DNA of 64,000 nt. Origin: Myxococcales bacterium. Its GTDB lineage: Bacteria; Myxococcota_A; UBA9042. The notes beneath the pieces were generated by a model that searched no databases, was not told where the DNA came from, and was given only the letters and a program-made list of their open reading frames with translations. The translations under genes were made by a program, and so were the position numbers. The number at the start of each line of letters is the position of its first letter. Position 1 is the stretch's first letter. Shown here one piece after another: positions 14,873-26,410 of this stretch. The DNA lies in the NCBI GenBank assembly GCA_009692425.1, contig SHZF01000006.1, positions 5,704 to 69,703 of the forward strand. Reading direction: 5' to 3'.

Positions 14873-17599
14873 ATGCACGACGTCGGCACAGCGCTCCTTT
14901 ATGTGACGTTTGTCGCGATGCTCGGCACGACGCTGACTGCATTCGCGGGTGCGGCCCTGCGCTCGCCAGGCTGGCTGCAGGCGGCGCGCCACGGCCTCAT
15001 GGCGACGTGGCTGCTCATCCTCGCGATGTCGGCGTGCCTGGTCGTGGGCCTGGTGACGCACGATTTTCGCAACCAATACATCGCCGCCTACACCGACGTC
15101 GACATGCCGTTGCCGTACCTGCTCTCGGGATTCTGGGGCGGCGAGAAGGGCGCGCTGCTTTTCTGGGTCACGGCCCTGACGACGTTCGGCGTCTTTGCCA
15201 TCTTGCGCAACCGCAGCCAGACGCCCGTTTTTTTGGGCTGGGTCACGGGCTTCCTCGGGTCGGCGATCGCGTTCTTCGTGATGCTGATGGTGTTCGAGTC
15301 CAACCCGTTCGAGACGTTTGCCGCCGGGCTCGGTCCCGCCGACGGCAAGGGCATGAATCCGCTGCTGCAGAATCCGCTGATGGCCGTGCACCCGCCAAGC
15401 CTGCTGACGGGGTACATCGCGTTTACGTTGCCCTACGCCTTCGGCATGGCCGCGCTGGCGACGGGCCAACTCGACGCCCAGTGGCTGCGCGATACCCGCA
15501 AGTGGACGCTCGTGTCGTGGCTTTTCCTGTCTCTGGGCCTGATCCTCGGCGGCGCATGGGCCTACAACGAACTCGGCTGGGGCGGGTTCTGGATGTGGGA
15601 CCCGGTCGAGAACGCCGGCCTGATCCCATGGTTCACCGCCACCGCGTTCCTGCACTCGGTGATGATCCAGGAACGCCGCAACATGCTGAAGCGCTGGAAC
15701 GTGGTACTCGTGTGCCTGACCTTCCTGCTCACCGTGTTTGGCACGTTCTTGACGCGCAGCCAGTTGATCGATTCCGTGCACGCGTTTGCCGACTCGACGC
15801 TGGCGAGCTACTTCTTGTGGTACATGGCGGCGATTATCGTCGTGTCGACGGCCCTGATCGCGTGGCGCTGGGGTCAATTGCGCGCCGAGGCGTCGCTCGA
15901 CTCGCTGCTCAGCCGAGAAGCCTTCTTCGTGTTCAACAACGTGCTGCTTGTCGGGTGCGCTTTTGTGGTGCTGTGGGGCACCGTCTTCGGCCAGATCAGC
16001 GAGGCCAAGCCGGTGCAGGCGCTGCACAATGCCTTTGCCGACGCGCTGGCGACGATCGGCGTACACATCGAACCGCTGGCCGGCAAGGTCCAACTCGGCG
16101 AGCCGTGGTTCAATCGCGTGATGACGCCGCTCGGCCTTGGCCTCCTGTTGATGACCGGCGTCGGTCCGCTCATTGCGTGGCGGCGCGCAACCCGGCGCAA
16201 TTTCGAGCGCAACTTCGCCCGGCCGATCGTGTGGAGCGCGCTGGTGACGCTGTTCGTGTCCGTGGGCTGGCTGGCGCGCGATGTCGTCCAGACCCGCGAC
16301 GGTGGGCCGTGGGGCGCCGCCTGGACCCGCACGGTCGATGCACTCGATGGCTCGCACGCCTGGGGAATCGCCTGCATCGGGCTGTCGGCGTTCGTGATCG
16401 TGGCGATCGCCCGCGAGTTCCACGTTGCCGCCCGCGCCCGCCAGCGGGGCCACGGCGACAGCTACGGGCTCGCGCTCGTGTTGCTGACGCTCAAGAACAA
16501 GCGGCGCTACGGCGGCTACGTCGTCCACATCGGCGTGGTGTTCTGCTTCCTGGCGTTCGCGGGCAATGCATTCCGGACGTACCAGCCCGAGATCGCGCTG
16601 CATCCCGGTGAGTCCGTCGCAGTCGGTGGCTACGGTCTGACGTTTGCCGGTGGCGAAGACGTGTGGGAAGCCGACGGTGCCTACGTCTCGAGCCGCGCCC
16701 GCATTGTCGTGACGGCCCGCGACGGCACCGTTGCCCCGGAGTTGGTGGCCACGGTGCTGGCCACAGTGCGCCGCTTCGACGCGGCGGCGACGGCTGTCGC
16801 ACGTCCGGGAAGTGCGGCGCTCGCGATCGATTTCGCCGACGCCGCAGCCGGGCGGCGCTTTGCGGCAGCGTGGACCGTGCCGCGGTTGGGCCGCCTGGCG
16901 ACGCCCGCCCACGTCCCTGCCGCCGATGCGCGCGTGCTGGCGCTCGAATTGTCGTCGGCGATGATGGAAGTGGCCGCCGTCGCGCCGCAGGCCGTGATGA
17001 AGGCGTTTGCCGAGGTGCGCAGCGCCGTTGGCCAGTACCCGGTCCCAGTCGAAGTGCGCACGACACCGGGCCAGACGCGCTTCGAACTCGCATTCGGGGA
17101 TGCCGCCGCGCGCAGCCAGTTCGCCGCCGACTTGCGCCGAATCCCGTTGGCCGGCTTCGAATTCGTCGCAGTCGATGCCGACGCCAACCTTGCCGCTGGG
17201 GTGCGGGTTCAAGCCGTCCCGCTTGGTGCCGGCGCAGTCTTGGTGCCCGAGGTCCGCAACTACAAGAAACACCAGAGCCCCACCACCGAAGTCGCCATCC
17301 AGTCTGCGTTCGATCACGACCTGTACCTGGCGATGCGCCCGGCCCAGGCGGCGCGTTCGGTCAGCTTGCTCGCCGTGGTGTTCCCGTTCATCGGCCTGCT
17401 GTGGTTGGGCGCGATTACGCTGCTCGTGGGCGGGGCGATCTGCTTGCTGCCGGCCCAGCGGACGGCGGCGGCGACCGAGTCCGATCCTGAGTCCTCCCCA
17501 TTGACCGGCCACGGCGGACATTCCCAGCCACCGCCGGCTTCCGGCCTCGGCGACGGAATGCCTGCGCCGGCGGTTGCGCTCGCGGTGGAAGGGTCGTGA
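14873..17599 (+). CDS. ccmF: Cytochrome c-type biogenesis heme lyase CcmF with a ~200-aa insertion in the C-terminal periplasmic region
   Basis: WWD domain (WGGFWMWDPVENAGLIPW), conserved His-containing TM helices, the C-terminal PEVRNYKKHQSPTTEVAIQSAFDHDLYLAM block and a final TM helix. Start chosen at MHDVGTALLY (14873). The in-frame ATG at 14852 is also possible. Confidence 0.85.
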   Translation: MHDVGTALLYVTFVAMLGTTLTAFAGAALRSPGWLQAARHGLMATWLLILAMSACLVVGLVTHDFRNQYIAAYTDVDMPLPYLLSGFWGGEKGALLFWVTALTTFGVFAILRNRSQTPVFLGWVTGFLGSAIAFFVMLMVFESNPFETFAAGLGPADGKGMNPLLQNPLMAVHPPSLLTGYIAFTLPYAFGMAALATGQLDAQWLRDTRKWTLVSWLFLSLGLILGGAWAYNELGWGGFWMWDPVENAGLIPWFTATAFLHSVMIQERRNMLKRWNVVLVCLTFLLTVFGTFLTRSQLIDSVHAFADSTLASYFLWYMAAIIVVSTALIAWRWGQLRAEASLDSLLSREAFFVFNNVLLVGCAFVVLWGTVFGQISEAKPVQALHNAFADALATIGVHIEPLAGKVQLGEPWFNRVMTPLGLGLLLMTGVGPLIAWRRATRRNFERNFARPIVWSALVTLFVSVGWLARDVVQTRDGGPWGAAWTRTVDALDGSHAWGIACIGLSAFVIVAIAREFHVAARARQRGHGDSYGLALVLLTLKNKRRYGGYVVHIGVVFCFLAFAGNAFRTYQPEIALHPGESVAVGGYGLTFAGGEDVWEADGAYVSSRARIVVTARDGTVAPELVATVLATVRRFDAAATAVARPGSAALAIDFADAAAGRRFAAAWTVPRLGRLATPAHVPAADARVLALELSSAMMEVAAVAPQAVMKAFAEVRSAVGQYPVPVEVRTTPGQTRFELAFGDAAARSQFAADLRRIPLAGFEFVAVDADANLAAGVRVQAVPLGAGAVLVPEVRNYKKHQSPTTEVAIQSAFDHDLYLAMRPAQAARSVSLLAVVFPFIGLLWLGAITLLVGGAICLLPAQRTAAATESDPESSPLTGHGGHSQPPPASGLGDGMPAPAVALAVEGS

Positions 17600-18183
17600 G
17601 CGCGTTGGTGCTCGGCATCGACCCCGGCTCGCGCAAGATGGGATGGGGACTCGTCGCCGGCAGCGCCGAACGCCCGCGCCGCGTCGATGGCGGCACGCTG
17701 CGGCCGGACGTGCGCGCGGCCCTGCCAGACCGGCTCGGTTGGCTGCTGACGCAACTGCAGGCCTTGTACGCGGCCCATCCCGTAACCGCGCTGGCGGTCG
17801 AATCGGCGTTCGTGCGCGACAATGCCCGCACCGCCCTCGTGCTGGGTCAAGCCCGCGGCCTGCCGATCGCGCTCGCCGCCGCCCGCGGCCTGCCGGTGCA
17901 CGAGTACGCGCCGGCGCAGGTGAAGCGGCGCATCGTCGGGCAGGGCCGCGCCGACAAGCACCAGATGCGCGAAATGGTGAAAGTGCTGCTGAATCTGCCC
18001 AGTCCTCCACCCGAAGACGAAGCGGATGCGTTGGCAGTCGCGCTCGCCCACCTGCGTGCCGCCCACTGGGCCCAGGCCGTCGCGCCGGCCATCGGCATCC
18101 CGCGTGCGGCGGCACCGGCGCGGACTGCGGCCCAAGACGCGTGGCTGCAAGCGCTCGATGCCACGCGCGGGAGGCGGCCGTGA
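17596..18183 (+). CDS. ruvC: Holliday junction resolvase RuvC
   Basis: LVLGIDPGSRKMGWGLV...ESAFV...ADALAVALAHL. The GTG start overlaps the ccmF TGA (GTGA). Confidence 0.9.
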   Translation: MSALVLGIDPGSRKMGWGLVAGSAERPRRVDGGTLRPDVRAALPDRLGWLLTQLQALYAAHPVTALAVESAFVRDNARTALVLGQARGLPIALAAARGLPVHEYAPAQVKRRIVGQGRADKHQMREMVKVLLNLPSPPPEDEADALAVALAHLRAAHWAQAVAPAIGIPRAAAPARTAAQDAWLQALDATRGRRP

Positions 18184-18788
18184 TCGGGTTCCTGCGCGGC
18201 ACCTGCCAACACGTCGGAGACGACCACGTCGTACTCGATGTCGCGGGCGTCGGCTACGAAGTGTTCGTGACCGAGCGTTTGCGCGGCGCGGCGGCCCTGG
18301 GCGTCGCGCTGGAGGTGCGCGTGCACACCGAAGTGCGTGAAGACGCGATCATCCTGTTCGGGTTCGAGCACGCCGCCGAAAAGACGCTATTCCGGTTGCT
18401 GCTGTCGGTCAGCGGGGTCGGGCCGCGCGGCGCCTTGGCCCTGCTGGGCGCGCTGCCACCCGGAGAACTCGCCGTGGCCGTGCGCGACGGCAAGGTGGCG
18501 GCGCTGACGAAGGCGAAGGGCATCGGCAAGAAGACGGCGGAGACGATCATCATCAAGCTGCGCGACCGACTGCCCGCCGACCTGCTGTGGACGTCCGGGC
18601 CGACGCCGCCCGGTCTCACCTCTGTGCTCCCGCCCGGTACACGCGACGTGCTCAGCGCGCTCCAGAACCTCGGCTATCGGCCCGCGCTCGCCGAGCACGC
18701 GCTGGCCGAGGCGCACAAGGCGCATCCGGAGGCCGATTTCGACGGCCTGTTGCGGTCCGCGCTGGCAATGCTCCGGCGGCCCGGCTAA
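18180..18788 (+). CDS. ruvA: Holliday junction branch-migration protein RuvA
   Basis: [30 protein letters not shown]...[17 protein letters not shown]...[13 protein letters not shown]. The GTG start overlaps the ruvC TGA. Confidence 0.9.
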   Translation: MIGFLRGTCQHVGDDHVVLDVAGVGYEVFVTERLRGAAALGVALEVRVHTEVREDAIILFGFEHAAEKTLFRLLLSVSGVGPRGALALLGALPPGELAVAVRDGKVAALTKAKGIGKKTAETIIIKLRDRLPADLLWTSGPTPPGLTSVLPPGTRDVLSALQNLGYRPALAEHALAEAHKAHPEADFDGLLRSALAMLRRPG

Positions 18789-18975
18789 AGGCGCCATCGG
18801 AATTGGCCGGGTGTCCCGTGCGGTCCTTTGGGGCGCCATTTTCCTAGTTGGGGCGCCAAGCTCGCGACTTGCCCGACTCGACGGCGCCGGCAGAGGGATC
18901 GACTTGTTGGAGTCGGTATCCTACCTTCGGCCGCCGCCCCCGCTCACGCTACAGGCTGCCACCCGAGACCCGCCG

Positions 18976-20031
<1,056 letters not shown>

Positions 20032-20047
20032 ACGCGGCCGGTTCGTT

Positions 20048-20080
20048 GGAGGCGTTCGCAGTCGTTGTCGCGACGCCTCT
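20048..20080 (+). terminator. Hairpin (GGAGGCGT...ACGCCTCT) downstream of ruvB; weak terminator candidate
   Basis: A 7/8-bp inverted repeat with a 17-nt loop, seen in sequence. No U-tract. Confidence 0.25.
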
Positions 20081-20241
20081 GGCCTGGGTGCGCTCCTGCA
20101 TTGCGCCGGGGCTCGCAGTTACAGTAGGCTGATACCGGGACGGGACTCCCGGCAACTCACCGAACTGGACCGCCCGCCTTGTCGCGTGCGGCCCGTTGCC
20201 CTACATTCGGCCGCCTTCGCGCTCCGCCGGAAACCCCCTCC

Positions 20242-23200
20242 ATGGCCGCCGCTTCCCACTCCCTGCGCCCCGACGCCGACGAACTCGACGCTTCGTCGCT
20301 CGTCGACAACAGCTACCGCATCGTGCGCCTGATCGGCCGCGGCGGCATGGGTTCCGTCTACGAAGCAGAAGACATCCGGCTCGGCCGCTCCGTCGCGCTC
20401 AAGGTGTTGCGTTCCGACCTCGCCAAGGCGCTGCAGGCCGACGAGCGCTTCATGCAGGAAGCGAAGATCCTCGCGCGGATCCGATCGCCGTTCGTCGCCA
20501 CGGTGTACTCGGTCGGCGCAACCGAGGCCGGCCGCACCTACATCGCGATGGAGTACATCGACGGCGAATCGCTCGGCGATCTGCTCGACCGCGAGCGCTG
20601 GCTGCCGCTGCAGCGCGGGGTCCGCATCGCCCAGCGCTGCTGCGAGGCGCTGATGGAAGCCCACAAATTGGGCATCATCCACCGCGACCTCAAACCCGAC
20701 AACGTGCTGCTGACGCGCATCGGCTCCGTCGAGGACTACGTCAAGGTCGTGGACCTCGGCCTTGCCAAGCACGTGCACCCGGCTGGCAACACGTTCAACC
20801 CACGCCTGACGCAGGCCCGGTTGGTCGTCGGCACGCCGGCCTACATGAGTCCGGAACAGGCCGCCGGCCAGGAAGTTGGCCTGCCATCGGACCTCTACTC
20901 GCTCGGCGTGATCCTGTACGAGATGATTACGGGATACCTGCCCGTCGATGGCGAGTCGCCGCAGGACTTCCTGCGCGCCCACCAATTGCAGGCGCCACTG
21001 TCGGTCAACCAGCGCCGCCAGGACCTGGTGTTCCCGCCGGTCGTCGACGCTTTTTTCAAGAAGGTGCTGGCAAAGGCTCCCGGCGACCGACCCCAGGATG
21101 CGCGCGCGTTCGCGCGGGAACTCGAAAAGTTCGAGGGAATCTCCGCGGAATCGCGCACCACGCGCCAGACCGCGCCGGCCCATGGTGCGCGCACCCCACG
21201 CAAGCACGCCTCGTCGGTGGCCCCGACGATCGATCTGCTCGAAGAGCGCCTGGACCGGGCGAAGGACCGCGTCCGCCTCGAAGTGATCGGTGTGGTGTCG
21301 TGCACCCGCGCCATGCTCTACGAGACGATCGACACCTTTGTCGGCCAGGTCGCCGAGCGCGCGGACGCGCCGGTGGTGATGCGGATCCGCGTGCCGCCGC
21401 CGGGGCGGCGCTTGCCGCTGGCGTGCCTTTTCGAAGAAATCCGAATTCGTGCCGGGTTGTTCGACGACGACGCGCCATCTGCTGCACGGCGCAAGTTGCT
21501 CGGCTGGGTCCAGGCGCTCATGCCAGACCGGCCCGACCGTGCGAGTCAGGTCGCACACCTGATTGGCCTTTTTCTGCGCGTGGAGTTCCCCGATTCGCCG
21601 CACCTGTCGCACGCGCGCGCCGTGCCAGAGGTCGCGCGCATGGCGGGCGGGGCGGCGTTGGTCGATGCCCTGCGCGGAATCGCTGGTCGATCCACGCTCG
21701 TGCTGATCCTCGAACGGTCGGATCACTTCAGCGAGACGGAGACGGTGTTCCTGCGCCGGTTGGTGCGCCAACTCGGTGCCACGCCCGTGCTGCTGATCGG
21801 TGCGTGGGTCAGTCGCGGCGACGACGTGCCCGCCGGGCTGGCCGGCCTGTTCCTGCCGGGTTCGGTGGCGCGGGTGCCCGCCAAGGACGCGTTGCAATTC
21901 GACCGACTGCTCGACGCGCCAGCCCGCCGCGCGCTGGCGACCGTCGTGAGGTTGGGCGCGCCGGTGTGGCCGGACCTGCTGGAGGCCGCCTTGGGCGTGC
22001 CGGCCGCCCCGAGCCTGGCCCGGCTGATGGCGGCAGGCGCCGTGCGGTCGATGCCCGCGAGCCGACTGGCGTCACAGGTCGAGTATTCGCTCGGCGATTT
22101 TCCCGATGCCGTGGCGGCGGAATCGGAACAGGTCGAGATCGACTACGTGCGTGTGCTCGCCTGGATTCACGCCCAGGCCGTCGTGCGGCCCGAACTCTGG
22201 GTCGGCCGTCTCTCCACGATCGAGGCGCAAGCCGGCGACCTCGTGATGGCCGGCGCCCACGCGCGCCAGGCCGCCGAACTGATGCGGGGGCTGGGTGCCC
22301 TGCCTGAGGCGCTCCAGCAGTTTGAGGTCGCTCGCCAGCACGCGCTCGACCTGCGCACGGCCGGCAAGATGACCGAGGGCGCCATCGGCCTGGCTGAGGC
22401 CGCTTCGAGCCTGGCGTCCTGCCTGGCCGAGCGCGGCGATCACGAAGCCGCGGCGGACCGCACCCGCGAGGCCATTGAAGCGCTGCGGCAGTTGCCGGGC
22501 TTGCGCGAAGAGGACTGGTACCGGCTCGGCGTGCCCCTGCTGGCTGCCTGGGCGACGAGTGAGACTGCGTGCGGGCGGGCGGCGGGCGCGGTGCCTCCGC
22601 TGGAGACGCAGGTCACGCTCCTGCTGAAGTCACAACTTCCGCGCGCGGCGGAACAACTGCCGTTCGTGCGCCTCGCGTTGGGCAAGGCGCTGGGCGCGAC
22701 GAGCAACGTCCGCAAGGGCCTCGAGGTCTGGACGGCCGCGCTCAACAGCCTGCCGGCGCAGCCGTTGCCCACATTGTCGGCGGAACTGTCGATGCGGATC
22801 GCCGACGCCTACCGCACGCTCGGGGACGGTGACCGCGCCGTTGCCCACGCCCGCAAGGCATTGGCGGCGGCCCGCGATGCCCGCAATCTGGTCGTCGAGG
22901 TGGAAGCGCTCCGGGCACTCGCACTGGCCTTGCGCGACATCGGGGAATTGGACGACGCCGAGGCCCAACTCGGTGAGGCCCTCAATGCCCTCGGTCGGCT
23001 CGACCGTCAGCGCCTGGCCGCGGAAATCTCGGTGCTGCTGGCAGACATCCTGCAGGCGCGCGGGGCCGTCGACGAGGCCGACGCCGCGCTCGCCAAGGCC
23101 TGCCGAGCGTTCGCCGCGCTGCCCGATCTGGTCGGGCTGTCGGATGCCCTGCGGCGGCGCGGCGAAATCCAGATGGCGCACGGCATCTACACGCGCGCCC

Positions 23201-23538
23201 AGGCCTTCGCCGAAGAGGCGGCGCGCCAAGGGCAACTCGCCAGCCATGTGCCGCTGCGCATCAAGGCCCTGTTGTTGGCGGCGCGAGCCTGCGCGGCCGG
23301 CGGCGATTCGAAGCCCGCTCACACGGTCATGGAAGAGGCATTTTCGCTGGTTGCACCCGACGTGCCCACCGTGGAGCGCGCCGACTGCATGGTCGTGCTG
23401 GCCGACCTGCTGGAGGCTGCGGTGCTCACGTCGGATCGCATGCCGCGCTCGTTGCTCGAAGAGGCCAAGGACATCTACCTGCAGGTCGATGCGACGCCCG
23501 AGGCCGAACGCATCGGCCGCCGTCTGCGCGCCATGTAG
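20242..23538 (+). CDS. Ser/Thr protein kinase (1098 aa) with a central NTPase/NB-ARC-like region and C-terminal TPR repeats
   Basis: Kinase subdomains GRGGMGSVYEA, VALKVL, HRDLKPDN, DLGLAK, GTPAYMSPE. The long C-terminal half is Ala/Leu-rich with TPR-like periodicity. Confidence 0.85.
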   Translation: MAAASHSLRPDADELDASSLVDNSYRIVRLIGRGGMGSVYEAEDIRLGRSVALKVLRSDLAKALQADERFMQEAKILARIRSPFVATVYSVGATEAGRTYIAMEYIDGESLGDLLDRERWLPLQRGVRIAQRCCEALMEAHKLGIIHRDLKPDNVLLTRIGSVEDYVKVVDLGLAKHVHPAGNTFNPRLTQARLVVGTPAYMSPEQAAGQEVGLPSDLYSLGVILYEMITGYLPVDGESPQDFLRAHQLQAPLSVNQRRQDLVFPPVVDAFFKKVLAKAPGDRPQDARAFARELEKFEGISAESRTTRQTAPAHGARTPRKHASSVAPTIDLLEERLDRAKDRVRLEVIGVVSCTRAMLYETIDTFVGQVAERADAPVVMRIRVPPPGRRLPLACLFEEIRIRAGLFDDDAPSAARRKLLGWVQALMPDRPDRASQVAHLIGLFLRVEFPDSPHLSHARAVPEVARMAGGAALVDALRGIAGRSTLVLILERSDHFSETETVFLRRLVRQLGATPVLLIGAWVSRGDDVPAGLAGLFLPGSVARVPAKDALQFDRLLDAPARRALATVVRLGAPVWPDLLEAALGVPAAPSLARLMAAGAVRSMPASRLASQVEYSLGDFPDAVAAESEQVEIDYVRVLAWIHAQAVVRPELWVGRLSTIEAQAGDLVMAGAHARQAAELMRGLGALPEALQQFEVARQHALDLRTAGKMTEGAIGLAEAASSLASCLAERGDHEAAADRTREAIEALRQLPGLREEDWYRLGVPLLAAWATSETACGRAAGAVPPLETQVTLLLKSQLPRAAEQLPFVRLALGKALGATSNVRKGLEVWTAALNSLPAQPLPTLSAELSMRIADAYRTLGDGDRAVAHARKALAAARDARNLVVEVEALRALALALRDIGELDDAEAQLGEALNALGRLDRQRLAAEISVLLADILQARGAVDEADAALAKACRAFAALPDLVGLSDALRRRGEIQMAHGIYTRAQAFAEEAARQGQLASHVPLRIKALLLAARACAAGGDSKPAHTVMEEAFSLVAPDVPTVERADCMVVLADLLEAAVLTSDRMPRSLLEEAKDIYLQVDATPEAERIGRRLRAM

Positions 23539-23575
23539 CCCGGCCCGACTGAACACGCGCACCGTCGACCGACTG

Positions 23576-24172
23576 CTACGCGCGCCGCGCTCCCATCACC
23601 AACTTCATCAACTCGTCGCGCGTCGCGGGCTGATCCCGGAATGCGCCAAACATCGCACTCGTCACCGTCACCGCGTTCGGCTTGCGCACCCCACGCATCA
23701 CCATGCACATGTGGGTCGCTTCGATGATCACCGCGACACCCGATGGCTGCAGCGCGTTCTGGAGCGCCTGTGCCACCTGCGTCGTCATGCGTTCCTGCAC
23801 CTGCAGTCGGCGCGCAAAGACATCGACGACGCGCGCAAGCTTCGACAGCCCGACCACCTTGCCGCGCGGCAGGTAGGCGACGTGCGCCCGCCCGATGAAC
23901 GGTAGCAGGTGGTGCTCGCACAAGCTCGAAAAGTCGATGTCGCGCACGAGCACGATCTCTTCGTTGTCGACCTCGAAAATCGCCGAGCGCACGATGGCTT
24001 CGGCGTCCTCCTGGTAGCCCGCCGTCATCGCACGCATGGCGGCGGCCACACGCTGCGGCGTCCTGACGAGGCCTTCGCGCGCAGGGTCTTCGCCGACGTG
24101 CAGCAGCAGGTCGTGCACGAGGTCTTCCATAGGCGTCACGGGCGGCATGGGCTCCTTGCGTGCGGCGCTCAC
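23576..24172 (-). CDS. folE: GTP cyclohydrolase I
   Basis: ...[20 protein letters not shown]...[15 protein letters not shown]...: the FolE active-site Cys/His motifs. Confidence 0.9.
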   Translation of the reverse strand: MSAARKEPMPPVTPMEDLVHDLLLHVGEDPAREGLVRTPQRVAAAMRAMTAGYQEDAEAIVRSAIFEVDNEEIVLVRDIDFSSLCEHHLLPFIGRAHVAYLPRGKVVGLSKLARVVDVFARRLQVQERMTTQVAQALQNALQPSGVAVIIEATHMCMVMRGVRKPNAVTVTSAMFGAFRDQPATRDELMKLVMGARRA

Positions 24173-25140
24173 AGCGGCGGCGCGATGGACTCGAGAATCT
24201 GGTGCAACACGGCATCGACTGCGGCCCGGCCCGACGACGACCCGCCGCCGGCTGCCACGACGCGGTGGCTTGCGATCGGCAGGAACATGCGCTGCACGTC
24301 GTCCGGGGTCGCATAGGAGCGGCCCGTCACCAGCGCGCGCGCCTGCACAGCCCGATAGAATCCGATCGCGGCGCGGGTCGACAGGCCCAACTCCAGGGCG
24401 CGATGGCCCCGCGTCGCATGGGCCAAGGCGTGCAGGTAGGCGAGCACCTCGCGCGCCACGTGAACCGACTCCGCAGCTCGCTGCAAGCTCTCGACACCGC
24501 TGCGGTGCGCGACCGGCGCGGGAGGGTCAGTTGGCGCACCATGGGCGGCGATCAGCGCGAGTTCCTGCTCCGCTTCGAGGTAGCCGACCGAGACCCGCAG
24601 CAAGAACCGATCGAGCTGCGACTCCGGCAACGGGTACGTTCCGTGGAATTCCCTTGGGTTCTGCGTGGCCAGCACGACGAACGGCGCAGGCAGCGTGTGC
24701 GTGTGGCCATCGACGGTCACGCGCCCTTCGGCCATCGCTTCGAGCAGGGCGGACTGCGTGCGCGGCGTGGTGCGGTTGATCTCGTCGGCCAGCAGGACGT
24801 TGCAGAACACGGGTCCCGGCTTGAACTCGAACTGCCGCGCCTGGCCGTCCCAGATGCTGACGCCCACGATGTCGGCCGGCAGCAGGTCCGACGCGAACTG
24901 GATGCGGTGGTGGCTCAGCCCGAGCGCATGCGCGAACGCCCGCGCCAAGGTCGTCTTGCCAACCCCGGGCACGTCTTCGAACAGCACGTGGCCGCGGGCC
25001 AAGATTGCGACGAGCACTTCTTCGACCACGTCGCGCTTGCCCACGAACACGCGCTCGACCGCGGCGACAATGTCGCGACACAGCGCCTCGGGACGTGAGT
25101 CACCGCCGCCCTCGATCATTTCCACTGCTGCGCCGCTCAT
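24169..25140 (-). CDS. MoxR-family AAA+ ATPase
   Basis: [18 protein letters not shown]...VLLADEINR...VLATQNP: the MoxR signature. A 4-nt overlap with folE downstream and with the TPR gene upstream. Confidence 0.85.
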   Translation of the reverse strand: MSGAAVEMIEGGGDSRPEALCRDIVAAVERVFVGKRDVVEEVLVAILARGHVLFEDVPGVGKTTLARAFAHALGLSHHRIQFASDLLPADIVGVSIWDGQARQFEFKPGPVFCNVLLADEINRTTPRTQSALLEAMAEGRVTVDGHTHTLPAPFVVLATQNPREFHGTYPLPESQLDRFLLRVSVGYLEAEQELALIAAHGAPTDPPAPVAHRSGVESLQRAAESVHVAREVLAYLHALAHATRGHRALELGLSTRAAIGFYRAVQARALVTGRSYATPDDVQRMFLPIASHRVVAAGGGSSSGRAAVDAVLHQILESIAPPL

Positions 25141-26381
25141 GGTGCTGCCTTGGCGGGCTGAGGGCAGTACGCCGTCGCCGCCCGCGCGTGGGCGAGCCCG
25201 GCTTCGCCAGCGCGCGCCTGCTGTTCGGGAGATGCGGCCAAACCATGGACCTGCAGTTCCCGGTCGACGGCACGCTGCAGCGCCGCCGCGTCGCGATCGT
25301 GCCGGCAGTGGTGGTCCGCCAGGCGCCCCACGACGATGCTGCGCAACACGAGATCGTCGGCAGTTGCCAATTCGTCATCGCCGGCACGGCGCTTCCGCAG
25401 CGCTTCGCGGGCAGCGAGGGCTCCCATCAACGCCACGTCGGGTCGTCCCGCATCGAGCGCGATCTCGGCGCGGTTGCGGTGCAGACCGGGTTCGTCGGGG
25501 GCTGCGGCAACGGCCTGGTCCAGCGCCTGGAGTGCGCCGTCGAAGTCCTGCTCCTTGTGGCGGGCGGCGGCAAGGGCATTCCAGGCCGGCGCACTCGCAG
25601 GTGCAACCCTGACCGCGCGCAGCAGAACGGTGGCAGCGCGCTTGGCCTCGCCGGTCTCGACGAGCAACGTGCCCAATTTGCGCAAGGCGTCGGCGTGCTG
25701 TGGGTCCAGTTCGAGACACCGCGTCAGGGCGGCTTCTGCCTTGGCCGCTTCGCCCGCCACGAGGTGTACGTCCGCCAGGATCAGCCAGGCTTCGGGCAGC
25801 AGGGGCGCCAGTTCGGTGCTGCGGCGCGCGGCATCCAGCGCCTGAGGCAGACGGCCGCGCCCCAGCAACGCGCGCGCCGCCTGGATCTGCAAGGCCGGGT
25901 CGGCCGGATGGAGCGCGAGGCCCGCCTCGGCGACCTGGCCCGCCCGCACGTACTCGCGCTGTTGCACGAGCAGGGCCGCCAGCCGCGCCGCAGCGACCGC
26001 GTCACGTGGCACCAAGGCAAGCCGCCGCGCGTAGGCACGGACCGCAAGGTCGGGCTTGCCTGCGCCATCGAGCGCCTTCGCGTGCAGCCCGGCTGCGTCG
26101 GCGTCGGCGGCGTCCTGTTGCAGGCGCGGCTCCAGCAGCGCGACGGCCGCGGCATGGTGGCCGCGCAGGATGTGAGTCTCGGCCAGCGCGAGGATGGCCG
26201 TTCGATCGCCCGCGGCCGCAGCGGGTTCCAGGGTCGCTGCGGCCTCGATCAGACGGCCCTCGTCGCGCAGCGAGACGCCGCGCTCGACCGGCGACCGCGC
26301 ATCGGTGCGTTCGGGCGCCCCACAGGCGACGACGCACAAGGCGCTACTGTACAGCAATCGGGCGTCGCCCCAGCGCATCAC
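25137..26381 (-). CDS. TPR-repeat lipoprotein (lipobox LCVVACG); GTG start followed by ATG
   Basis: Repeated 34-residue Ala/Leu-rich helical units. Signal peptide with lipobox Cys. It overlaps the moxR start (ATGA). Confidence 0.7.
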   Translation of the reverse strand: MMRWGDARLLYSSALCVVACGAPERTDARSPVERGVSLRDEGRLIEAAATLEPAAAAGDRTAILALAETHILRGHHAAAVALLEPRLQQDAADADAAGLHAKALDGAGKPDLAVRAYARRLALVPRDAVAAARLAALLVQQREYVRAGQVAEAGLALHPADPALQIQAARALLGRGRLPQALDAARRSTELAPLLPEAWLILADVHLVAGEAAKAEAALTRCLELDPQHADALRKLGTLLVETGEAKRAATVLLRAVRVAPASAPAWNALAAARHKEQDFDGALQALDQAVAAAPDEPGLHRNRAEIALDAGRPDVALMGALAAREALRKRRAGDDELATADDLVLRSIVVGRLADHHCRHDRDAAALQRAVDRELQVHGLAASPEQQARAGEAGLAHARAATAYCPQPAKAAP

Positions 26382-26410
26382 TTCACGCCCCAGCGCATCA
26401 CTTCACGCCC
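26371..26410. repeat. Perfect 20-bp tandem duplication (CAGCGCATCACTTCACGCCC x2) spanning the ferredoxin stop codon and the start codon of the TPR-lipoprotein gene
   Basis: Counted directly: copies at 26371-26390 and 26391-26410, with a third partial copy CAGCGCGACC following. Each copy encodes R-W-G on the minus strand, so both flanking proteins share the RWG tripeptide. Confidence 0.9.

Noticed and set aside
14681-18202. 1173-aa minus-strand ORF
   Set aside because: Antisense to ccmF and ruvC. Arg-rich nonsense.
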